64,000 nucleotides of DNA from assembly GCA_964252035.1 (NCBI GenBank), contig OZ176201.1. The stretch is one strand, 5' to 3'. The DNA is from Podarcis erhardii (lineage: Eukaryota). Under the pieces are notes generated by a model, which was not told where the DNA came from, made no database searches, and worked only from the letters and a program-made list of their open reading frames with translations. Position 1 is the stretch's first letter. Each line of letters begins with the position of its first letter. This document shows positions 48,201-64,000 of the stretch, in pieces. Position numbers and translations under genes: made by a program.

Positions 48201-49824
48201 TCTCTTGCTCAAGTTGGGTTCTTTTTATGATCTGCCACCCCCTGCCCATTCTGGATCCGTGCATGCACTCTCTTCTATTTAACTCCTGGTGAGAAGTCCC
48301 CTTCACATTGTGGAGCAGGAGGCCATTGGATGCCTGGGATATGAATTCTCTTTTCTCTCTCTCTCCTCCTCGTAGCTCAGTGAAGGAGAAGCCTTCTGAC
48401 CCAGTGGAATGGACTGTGAGTGATGTTGTGGATTATTTCACAGAAGCTGGTTTTGCTGAGCAAGCATCTGCCTTTCAAGAACAGGTGAGAACCTTGGGAT
48501 ACCAAGTGAAAGATTTGGGGATTAATGCTCAAGCGGAACTCTTAGTGAAATAGAAGGCCCTGAATGGCATGGGCACTGAATGTTTAACAGGGTAGGGACT
48601 TGCATGTATGCACACTCGGTTGCTAGTTGCTTAGGGGCTCTTTGTCATATGTAAAACACGTGCCAGGGTGCATATGATTGTACATCAAAGCAGCAGTCAC
48701 CATGGGGTTTTCTTGCGTGCTAAATAACCTGCCTTGCAAATAACAGAGGTGCTTGCCAATGATTAGAGATCTGTTTCAGTTTATCCATATTGCCACTCCA
48801 CCCCCACCCCCCACCATTGTTTCCGACTGGCTATTCGCTTAAGGAAAAATAAAGTTACTAGAGCTCAGCAATCCTATTTGAATGTGTGTTTATGTTCATA
48901 GGAAGCATCCAGAGTGTTCTCCCACATATGTCTTCCCCATCCCTCTCTGCATGTTGCATCATGGGCCTCTTTCCCTTAGTATGGGATTTGGCTCCTTCAG
49001 CCCTCTCTCCTCTTATAATCAAGGCTCTCTGCCTGGTCCAGTTACAGCTGTCAATGGGCTCAACCAAGGCCAAAGTCAGGCTCTCCTCTTCAGGGATCTG
49101 CACCTAGAAGCATCCCACCTTGTGAGCTGCATGCTGTCTATGGACATCTGCACCTTCAAGCCACCTTTCCATAGGCCCTGTTGGCCCCTAAGCTCAACAG
49201 AGAGTGGTGTCATCATGCTTCCTATGCGCTGTGTTCAGATAGAAAAGACTGAAAAATACTCTTGTGACTATTTCAAAATATGAAATTCTGCCTAGGATGG
49301 GCATTTCCTGGTTACTTGTGTTGGAGGCCTAATGGGTTGATGGCCGGGTGTTAAACCAGTGGCATGAATCGTAATTGATCATGCTTAAATATGTGTTAAA
49401 AGGATGGGGAAGGACTAAGCATTCAAGATAGGCAAAAAAATGTGCATAAATTCAATCAAATCCATTTCTCAACCTGGAAGCTCGTCTAGATTTATAGAAC
49501 ACTTTCCTTCTTCCCCCCGGTTCACTGAGGAGGGGGATTCCTTCTTAATACAGATCTCTACTATTGCTTTCTTAAAAGAAGTGTGTGTGTGATCTATATT
49601 CCGTCTCTTAATGGGGGGGAGTCCCTGTGCCCTAAATGCCCTGATGTTTTGTGCCTCTGTTGCAGGAGATCGATGGGAAGTCTCTTCTGCTGATGCAGCG
49701 CACCGATGTCCTGACCGGCCTCTCCATCCGCCTGGGGCCTGCTCTCAAGATCTACGAGTACCACATCAAGGTGCTGCAGCAGTGCCACTTTGAGGAGGAC
49801 GAGGGCGACTCCTTCATGGGCTGA
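43840..49824 (+). CDS. SAMD1: Sterile alpha motif domain-containing protein 1 (atherin), 496 aa
   Basis: join(43840-44592,46329-46707,47157-47247,48376-48484,49666-49824), 1491 bp. N-terminal winged helix [33 protein letters not shown] and C-terminal SAM domain [15 protein letters not shown]...[30 protein letters not shown]; splice phases are consistent. Confidence 0.95.
45700..45922. mobile_element. Complete Tigger-like MITE in SAMD1 intron 1
   Basis: Perfect 20 bp inverted ends TACAGTGGTACCTCGGGTTA / TAACCCGAGGTACCACTGTA including the TA TSD. Confidence 0.9.
46329..46707 (+). CDS. SAMD1: SAMD1 exon 2 (acidic tract, SEGSEV)
   Basis: ttgcag|AAGGCA ... GAGCAG|gtatag, phase 0 to 1. Confidence 0.88.
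47157..47247 (+). CDS. SAMD1: SAMD1 exon 3
   Basis: Long pyrimidine tract cccag|TGTCAC ... TGCAC|gtaagt; ADGRPFSC resembles mammalian ADGTPFGC. Confidence 0.88.
48376..48484 (+). CDS. SAMD1: SAMD1 exon 4 (SAM, first half)
   Basis: cgtag|CTCAGT ... GAACAG|gtgaga; [34 protein letters not shown]. Confidence 0.95.
49666..49824 (+). CDS. SAMD1: SAMD1 exon 5 (SAM, second half, stop)
   Basis: ttgcag|GAGATC ... GGCTGA. Confidence 0.95.
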   Translation, partial: EIDGKSLLLMQRTDVLTGLSIRLGPALKIYEYHIKVLQQCHFEEDEGDSFMG

Positions 49825-52784
49825 GGAGGACGGGTGCAGCTCACGAAGGGTGTGGAGAGCTTGGGTGGGGAGAAGTGAACGGGGACTCTGCCAACCGCTA
49901 CAGTCTCAAGTCATTTCAGCCTTTCTCTGCCTCCATGAAAACAAAGAGAAGCAGCTGTGTGGGAAGGGGAAGAAGGACTTTGGCCAGATTTTTGTGAAAA
50001 TGGTGGGGAGGACAGAAATGATGACCCAGGCTTTGCGGCTTCTCTACCCTGATTGTCCAGAGATAGGAAAGACAGGGAGGGAGGGCTGCAAAAAAACAAA
50101 TCCTACCCTTCTCCCAACCTGTCTGTGTTACTTACCCCAGCATTTTACTTACCATAGTGCATTGTCTGTTCTTGGGAAAGGGTGGAAAGATGTGGTTTTT
50201 GTTCCTCTTCCCAGCCGCAGTTTAATTGAGATAATTTGTGCTTCAGCATCCCCCCTTTCCCCTTCCCCTTTACCACCACAACAACAGCAACCACAGTAGC
50301 ACTTGATGGTCCTACCTGCTCCCCCTCCCTTTGTTGCTGTTCTCAAGAAGACAAAGATAGAGCCTGCTGAAGGTGTCAGGAGGTTTTAATCAAATATCTT
50401 TTTATTCTCTTTTCTGTTTGGGTAGGCTTTTCTTCCAGTTTTCATGGTCGTTGCCCAGAGTCAACTGCTTTTTATTATTTCTTTCTTCCCATTTTTTTAA
50501 AAAAAATATAAATATTTAAACTGGAAAAAAAACCCAATTGGTTTAGTATTCCCAGACTTGTTAGCCTTCTGGAAGGAGTATTGGATCATCTAAAATGAAC
50601 ATGTGTCTAAAGGACAAAAGTATGTGTAAAAAGAGGTGGAAGTCCTAAGTTCTGCTCTCTTTTTCTCTCCTTTTTTATTTGAGGGTGGTGATGTCACCTA
50701 GTGGTGTTGCTAATCGGTTTATGGGATGTATTCTGACTAGTCCAGGGATGGGAGCAGAACTCTGGAGTTCTGGCTCAATTTTCAATGCTATAATCAACTG
50801 GGGTAAAAAGTGCGGTAACATTTGCACCATCACCAGGAGGTCTAAAATGAAACACTTAGGGTTTAGGGAAGGTCTCTTTGCAGTGGCAGAGGCAGATGAC
50901 TCGTTGTCTGTGTATATTCACAACCAGGTAGCTTAGCTGGTGCTTCTATAGCAGATAATATAAGTGGAGCAAACACTTTGGGGACTGAAAAGAGCAAGGA
51001 AAGGAAATGGTCTGCAGCCCTGTTCTCAGTTACGAAAAATGGGGTGGTGGTTTTTGTTGCCTTAAGAAAGGATCTCCTCTTGTTAAAGCAGGCCAAGCCC
51101 GCAAAGGTATACTGTAAAGGCAAGAGGAGGTGGTAAAAAGACTACAGTGAAATTGGCTCTTTGTGCACATCAAATGGAGAGGATCTAGCTATGGCAGAAA
51201 CACAAAATCTGAGCTTTTTTGGTGATTTTTCAGGGCACACCAGTACCCCAGTTGCTTAGTAAGTATCTGTTTCACAAAACAGTTTGAAACTCGTTTCACT
51301 GTCACGGCTTTCTGTAAAGAACTGTAGGAATGGAAACCTTTTGGTGAGGCTGCTGAGAACTCTTGTAGTATCTTAGACCCTTTTACAGAACGACACTTCC
51401 TAGAATTTGTTGTTTTAGAGCCGTGGCAGATGAGGGTTGAAACTGGTTTAAATTTGGAATGTAGACAGGCCCTTAGTACAGTTTAAGGATCAGTGGATAG
51501 ACAGTAGCTACCCTGTTTAGTTGTGACTCAGAAACAGAGAAGCGTACGTAGCTCGAGACACAACCCAACATGCATGCCTAAAGGAATGCACAGCTAGACA
51601 GGAGCACACTGAATTTATGTTCTCAAAATTTTATTTGGAACCATGAGGGCTAGAAACCTATTGTTTGAACTTTGAAAGCAGAGGTTCTCAATGTTGTAGC
51701 ACAAAAGTGCCTCAGGGGCTTACATACTGGCTGCATGTTGCCCCCTATTGCACTAGACCCTACTATTTTGTCCAGAGCTGGGAATAAAAAAACAACAAGA
51801 TTTTTGGGTTCTAATATGTATTCTGTTTATTGGCCACCAGTTGTCAAAAGAGCTGCCATAGGAGGTGAAATGCTTTAGGAACCAATTTAGATGACTCAAC
51901 AGTGGGAGTGATTTTTCCAACTCTTTGTGCTGTCCTTTTGGGAACAGAGTAGGGCTACAGAATTGGGCTGCCCGTTTACTTCTTTGTTATTGACACTGGC
52001 CAGGGTGGAAAGAGGAGAGGACATTAATAATCCACAGTGGAAAGGTGTAGATTGGAATGGACAAAGCCAAGCAAGGCTGCTCCAGCGCAGTGTTGAGGCT
52101 TGGTTGGGACAAGGTTGTGTTGCCTGTCAGTGCAGAGGGTAGTTCAAGTAAGAGACAAGACGGAAAGGGGCTTTAGGATCCTAACTTCCTAGATATACTG
52201 TAGTACAGTTTAAGGGCTGATATACATGACCGTGTGCTGATGAAAACACAGATAAGGTGCTGGCTGGCTGTGTGGTTTTTTTTAAAAAAAACAGATTTGT
52301 GCTTTGGGATCTAGGCTTAAGCTGGTTGGCAATGGGCCCAGGTTGTAACATACAGGTTTTGGAAATTTGTGCAGGGGGAATGGCCTTGGCTAAGGCTGTG
52401 CTGAGGTGTGAACTGGGCTTGTGTTTACTAATTCAACATCTACAAAATCCAAAGGCGAAGTTTCCTTGGTAAAGGTGGACACAACATATTGCACAGTATT
52501 TTATGTTGATCTAGGCTAATCTAGCTACTGGAAGTTGAACACTTAAAGGCTAGGAATTAATTTGGACCATTCTAATGAGGAGAAATAGTATTTTAATCCT
52601 ACAGCTGGTCAAATAAGTGCTCCATCACTTTGGGTGACTCTCAGTTCCAACGAAGTTTCATCTCAACCTTTATTTGAAATCTAGTTTGGATGTGAAGCTG
52701 AAACCGGAGGTTTGGGATGGACTAGGCTGCAGAATCACATGCACCCAGTTCAATGCGAGACTTCACACCTGGCTCCCTCTACCT

Positions 52785-52974
52785 CAGAGCTTTCCAAACT
52801 TTTCATGTTGGCGACACACTTTTTAGACATGCATCATTTCGTGACACAGTAATTTAGTTTTGGTAGCAAACCAGAGGTTAAACTAACCCTTTTCCAGCAC
52901 CGGGAAGAGCGGGGAGCGTTTGCACAACACATTAACACACTAAGGTGTCGCTACACAGAGTTTGGAAAGCTCTG
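52785..52974. mobile_element. Complete 190 bp hAT MITE
   Basis: Perfect 16 bp TIR CAGAGCTTTCCAAACT and perfect 8 bp TSD ctctacct (52777-52784, 52975-52982). Confidence 0.92.
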
Positions 52975-55900
52975 CTCTACCTGAATTGAATACATAACAG
53001 TTACTTAACTTATTCAGAGACTGAATCACAGACACTTCCCTAAACTTGCTTAAAATTCTAATTTCAATCATGGTGCAGGGGTGGTCTAGCACCCAATGTT
53101 GCTGCAGAAACAATGTCACAGGTGGTGAAAAGCGAATGGGGGTGCAGGGAGTGGGAAATATTCTAGGGCCATTTCACCAACTAGGCCTCTGGCAAAGTGG
53201 TCATTCCTCAAACTGCTGATCAGTGATGCCTTGGATGTATGGTTGAAATATCAAGGAAATTCTTGATATTTCATGGGCTTCTCCTTGGAAATGGTGATGC
53301 AATCCAAGCCCACATACCCACCTGAAAGAAGTGGAGAGAGGATAATTAAGAAAATACATGCTTCTAACGGACTTTGCAACTTTCCTATTAATTCTTCAGA
53401 TTTCCCTCTGAATAAGTGATTGCAACTAGCATTTGCTGATTAACATGGGATGCAGCTGTCCAACTTTGGGACTACAAGTGGTTGAGCTATAAGTACGGGT
53501 GCCTCGGATGTCCTCTGTTCTGTTTCCAAATGTGCTGCCTTGACTTAAAATGGATGGAGGACCTGTGGCCCTCCAGAAGTTGGGCTTCCAGCCAGCATGG
53601 CCAGGAATGATGGAAGCCGTAATGCAGCACCAGTATCTTAGGCCCTACAGATGCTCTTACACTCTGAGGATCCTTAGGTTGTAGTTCTATACCTGCTTAC
53701 CGTGGGATAAGCTCAGTCAAAGTGAGTAGAACCTACAGCTGAGTACAGGATTGTTAGTTACTTTCAGCACTATGTGGCATTTTAATTGAGACTAACCCAA
53801 AAGCAGCTGGGTTGTCAACGATGAACATCCCTACAGAACAAATTCATTCAGGACTGGCATACTAGAGGTATCAATGTTTGTGGTGCTTACAACCAGAAGT
53901 TGATCTTTTAAAACAATAATGTGCTGCTCCTGTTTAGCTATGAGTATTTAACCTCGGGGCTAATGGTGGGACCTGATGCATTGTCCTGCAGCATACACAC
54001 ACACAAAAAGGCAACCAAAGCAATGAAGCATCTGAAATACTTTGAGGAAAGGCCAAAATACTTGAAGCTTTATAATTAAATGGAAGAGGGGAGGGATGAA
54101 TTGTGTGTGTTGTGGCAAGAGTCCATCTCTTCCCTACATACGGGCCATGCTTCCGCCCCTGACAAACAGACCAAGGACAGATTTTTTAAAAAACTATGCT
54201 TCCATCCAGCTGATGGAAGGCTGTTGTATGTGATGGCCACTGGCTCCAGTGCAGGTTCTAGCACTAGCTGTTTGCCATGATAAATTAAATGGACACACCT
54301 GATTCAGAGGCAGTCTACCTCTGACAGCCAGCTGGCAGTCTAGCCACTCTCAAAAACAGGATGCTGAAGTGGATGGACTCTGTCTGAGGCCATGGAAGTC
54401 TTTATGTTCCTCATTCTGACTTCAATGTACCTTTGGGAGTAGATAATAAATTAGGATTGATTCCCCCCCCCCCCCCCAAGATGATTTACAATGAAAGCAA
54501 CAGCTCTGTGGCTGATAACTGTGTGTAAAGAAAGATTCTGCTTCAGTAAAAAATAGTAAAGGACTTTGAATTCCCATTGTGCTGATCCTTCGTTGCTTTC
54601 AACTTGGTAGCCACTGTAGGGAGTTCCAGATTAGGTCACTGTCGAGTTCACAATTATTATTCCGTTCTTCCTGAGAAGTGATTGCATGCTGCGCTTTGTG
54701 CTGGACTTCAGTAACATAACTGCATATTGAGGATGGGAATGGGGTGAGGGAAGATCAGAGGCTTTTGGTTTAAAGGATAATAACTCCTGGCTCCCATAAG
54801 AGGGTCCATTTGATCAATCCACTACGCTTGCATCTGTTTATAAGATGCTGAACTGGACTTTTTGCATGGCAAGCAACCATAACAGGACTCCTTGCCCAGG
54901 CAAAGCCTGTATTCCTTGGAACAAAATAATAGTTTGTGTGGGTCTTGGGAATGGCAAAAAAGCAAAAAAATAAAATGGAACTAAGCCTGGGGGAAATCCT
55001 GCTACAACCAATTTTTTTAGGGTAAGGTATAGGGGGCCCAGCTGCACAAATACAAATTATGGAAAGTAGGCTATGATAGACACCTTACAAATAGAACTGC
55101 ATACTTGGTATAGCATTTTTTTATTTTTTATAGTATTGGTTTGGATGTAGGTAGGTTGGAGAATCTGCACAGGAACTCAAGGGAAAATATATGCTGCTAG
55201 GACACTTTTGAGACCGCTTAGTGTGCCATTCCAACATGTCACTCAGAGCACACCCATTGGAATTAATGACTGTGACTAAGATTGGTTGATAAATTTCAAT
55301 GGACGGGATTTACCTAACCAGCCCCTCAGCAGAAGCACCACACAAGCTTGCCCCTGCACACCATGTCACAACCAAAAATTGGTTATTTTGGCAAGGTGTG
55401 TGTGCATCAGAAGAACTCCCAGAATAGTACACAGGAGGAGAGGGAAATGATTCTATCCAAACACCTGAAAGAGTGATGTTGACTTCCACCAAATATTTCC
55501 TGAGTAAAAGCCTAAGGGTGCCACTTAAGTCATTGGGACTTAAAAGGTAAACATGCATCCCTTTATGTCATTTTGCTACAGCAAATCATTCTGTGAACTA
55601 CAGCAGGAACAGTTGCGAGCTCTTAAATAAAAGTCTCTTTCAGTACGCAAACTGCAGCTGCACCTGTCAGCCAAGCTTTAAGGTACAGGGGCTAGAGATG
55701 AATGTGTTGGTGTTGCCCACTGTGTGCAGACTGCATCTTTTAAAGCCCATCCATATCCTTTTGATGACATAATAGACACAGCAGAACTGTGCCAGCAGCT
55801 TCTACTTTGTAGTTTTACTTGAGCACACAGAAGAACCGGCTAACCATCATTACCAACAACCAATTTTGTTGTGGTTACAATAATAGAGCGTTCCATTAAC

Positions 55901-56358
55901 AGAAGGAAGATGCCACCTGTCCCATGCTTCATAAGGGTAGGCGAAGAGTACAGAGCTAGCAGTTCAAATGGTTAAATCTCTTATCCAGGCCTGAATTGGT
56001 ACCTAATTTTGAAGCAATTTGCACCCATCATGCAGGTCCCCAAACCATTGTCCAGTATATGCAGGTCTTTTAAATGTACACTGCAAATGTAGAATTTGGA
56101 GCTGGATACAGGATTCAGGCCTGACATGGAACTGCATTGCAGCATGTCATCCAAGGAACCAGTCTAGGCACCAATAGTAAGGTGAAGTTGCTAGGGAAAG
56201 AGTTTTAGGGAAGATGAAGAAAGCAATTCACCACAAGCGCAAAATTGTATTAGAACTGAAACCTATTTTGAGGAAATAAATATATTACATCCTGAACATA
56301 TAAGGCCCCCCCCCCCCATTTTGAAACATGGACACAACAGCGGAAACTCAAGTTCATC

Positions 56359-56364
56359 TTTATT
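56359..56364 (-). terminator. PRR36-like distal polyadenylation signal
   Basis: TTTATT on + (AATAAA on -), about 1.9 kb past the stop codon in AU-rich UTR-like sequence. Confidence 0.55.
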
Positions 56365-58302
56365 TTAAGAAACTAAGAAAAATCTATCATAATTTATCAC
56401 CAACAATGTGCTACATTACAAAAGCAGTCACACACATGCAAACTTCAGGAGAGGGGGCGGGAAACCACACACCTTGTTACAGTTAATAAGGCTCCATTTC
56501 CAATGATATCACTACACAAAGCTACAGTTCCATCGAGTTGTAAGAGATACCCCCAAACCCTGCATTCAAGGCACATGTAGCTGCATGGACAAGAGTTACC
56601 AAGAGGAAAACCATTTCTGAAGGCATGGAAGAGAAGGACCATATTGTCATGCAGATGATAGGTTTCACAGTTGGGCTACTTCCGCCATAGCAATTCATAA
56701 TGCCTGGGCACTTTCAGCCCTACAAGCAAGGCAGGGCTAACCAACATGGGCGCCTTGTCCCTACCTAGAAAACAAGCTTCTCCAACTCATGTAACATTTC
56801 CCTAGCAGCACTAATCTCTCAAGGTAATTGACTCAAGAATCCTAAATTCTGCCATCTCCATTGTAGCAGGCAGAAATGGAGGAAAGTAACGCGTCAAAGG
56901 CATCTCTACCTCTGCACTGCTCAAGAGTTTCTCTAGCAAGTGGTCCTGTGCTACGTGCCCAAGTATGCGGAGGTGAAGGAGATTTTTTTTTATTCTTTAA
57001 ATCCCTGTGATGGGACATGGGTGTCCCACAACTGGCATGTGGGGTAAAGGCGGTAATTTTGTCCCACTTAATACCAGCAAATGCTAGGAGGCCTTTACTA
57101 GAAAAAAAAGATGCAGTGTTTCATCGCCATTAAAGTCTGTTACAGCAGAGCCCCACAGTAAAAAGTGTCAATTGCATTTGTCCATCATCAAAGAAAGGAA
57201 ATCACTGGGCATGGCAAAGCACCATAGGAAACCTGCAGGTTGCTACTGTTGTGCCAATATTGAGAGACAGAATAGCACAGGCATTGGCATTGCAATCTTG
57301 TCCACTTCTCTATACTGCTGAACTTTGGGTTCAAGCTCCCAGGAAGAAGACACCCTGTACCAAACAATTCCCAAGCAGAATAATTCCCAAAGAGATTCTC
57401 ATTATCCTTTCCCCTGGACAGGGTACAGATGTCTATGTAAAAAAAACCAAGTTGATGGGCACTTAAGATGGCAAACCACATACCAGCACAAGCCCTCCCA
57501 CCAAACACACACACTTTGAAACTTGGGGCATGACCCGCTCCTGAAAAGTACAGAAATGCCTAAAGACAGAGCAGTTCCTCCTCACTTGTAGATGCTCCCC
57601 CCCCCCTTATGTCATTGGAGGGGCAATTTCATGTGTTGCTCTTTCAGGGGAAAGAGGTAGAAACACCTTTCTCCCAAGAGCAAGCAGTTTGCTTTAGAAG
57701 GGTTCCCTGTATCTGTAGTCAGCTATGAGAAATGAGGCACGTGAACACTTTCTGCCAACCTAGGAAAGGTCTGCCAGCCTTTGTAGCCATTAATTGCCAA
57801 TAAATCCATGTGGAACTCCAAGGCCACATCAGTAGCTGTATCAGACAGTTGCTTATCTATGGCTCGGGGAAGCCCCCAGCCAAGTAGAGAAAGTATTGCT
57901 ATGTCAACCAAAAGCAAAGGGGTGTGGTCCCCCCCCCAGCACTTACCAGGCGAAGTTGCACAGGCCTATCTCAAGTGTAGAAGCTGCCCCATATCACTGA
58001 AAACCCAAACAAAATGTAGAGGGGGTCCAGTGAGCTAAAAGCAGCTCAAAATTTGCACTTTCTGGCAAGTGGCAAAAACAGTGGCTAAGCTACAGTAAAA
58101 GCCAATAGAGCAATCATCTCAGATAGTGTTTCTCATTAGCTGCCCAAGAGATCAGAAGGGGAGGAGGAACACCCCCGCAGTTGGCTAACACTAGATTCTG
58201 AAGTCTCTACAGGAACGGCTGGATCGTACCTAAGGGGAAGGGTGTTGTGGGGAGACAAGTCAAAATGCCCAAGGGAAACTTTCCATTTCCAAGGAAACAA
58301 AT

Positions 58303-63587
<5,285 letters not shown>

Positions 63588-64000
63588 CTGGAATGAGAAA
63601 TAGTATTTTAAGTCCATTGCAGCGATTGCCAAAGCTGAGCCTCTCACAACATGCGTCAATGCATGCTGGAAGATTTAAGCAGCCGAAGGTCTGATTCTCA
63701 TGGCAGCTGCAATTCTGCTCCAAAGCCATAAACATTTACCCATTTTATACCTGCCAACTGGTTTCATACCAAACAACATAAAAGCCACAGTACCATCACT
63801 AGGAATGCTTCGCTATGCACCACTCCCTACCCTAAAGGGATCTCCAACTGCCGCATCCCTTGCCTTATGGAGCCAGAATTTGGGTCACCTCAAACCCCCT
63901 TTGAAATAAGGCACCATTAGCTATAGTTTAATGCAGATATGCAATGCAGGATTCCCCAACCTGGTGCCCATCTGATGTTGAACTGCAACTCCCACCGTGT

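Overview
Vertebrate genomic DNA, most likely a squamate and probably a lacertid lizard (inferred from the repeat families). Three protein-coding genes are present. (1) PRKACA (PKA catalytic subunit alpha) on +: exons 2-10 are intact at 23178-35237 and the 3'UTR runs to about 37320. The canonical myristoylated exon 1 is not in the window, but a candidate short alternative first exon (ATG GAT G|GTAAGG, 9141-9147) lies in a CpG-enriched patch. (2) SAMD1 on +: five exons, CDS 43840-49824, 496 aa, starting in a large CpG island. (3) A PRR36-like (DUF4596) gene on -: only the last two exons are in the window. The remainder is intron or intergenic DNA with L2, CR1, L1, SINE, hAT/Tigger MITE and Penelope-like remnants. 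The most notable unexplained signals are minimal hammerhead-ribozyme motifs in three Penelope-like remnants within PRKACA introns, the short Met-Asp PRKACA isoform, a possible 3'UTR intron in PRKACA, an internal promoter and alternative splice sites in SAMD1 intron 1, and an intronic polyA site in the PRR36-like gene. Gene names come from recall of mammalian sequences; no database search was run.
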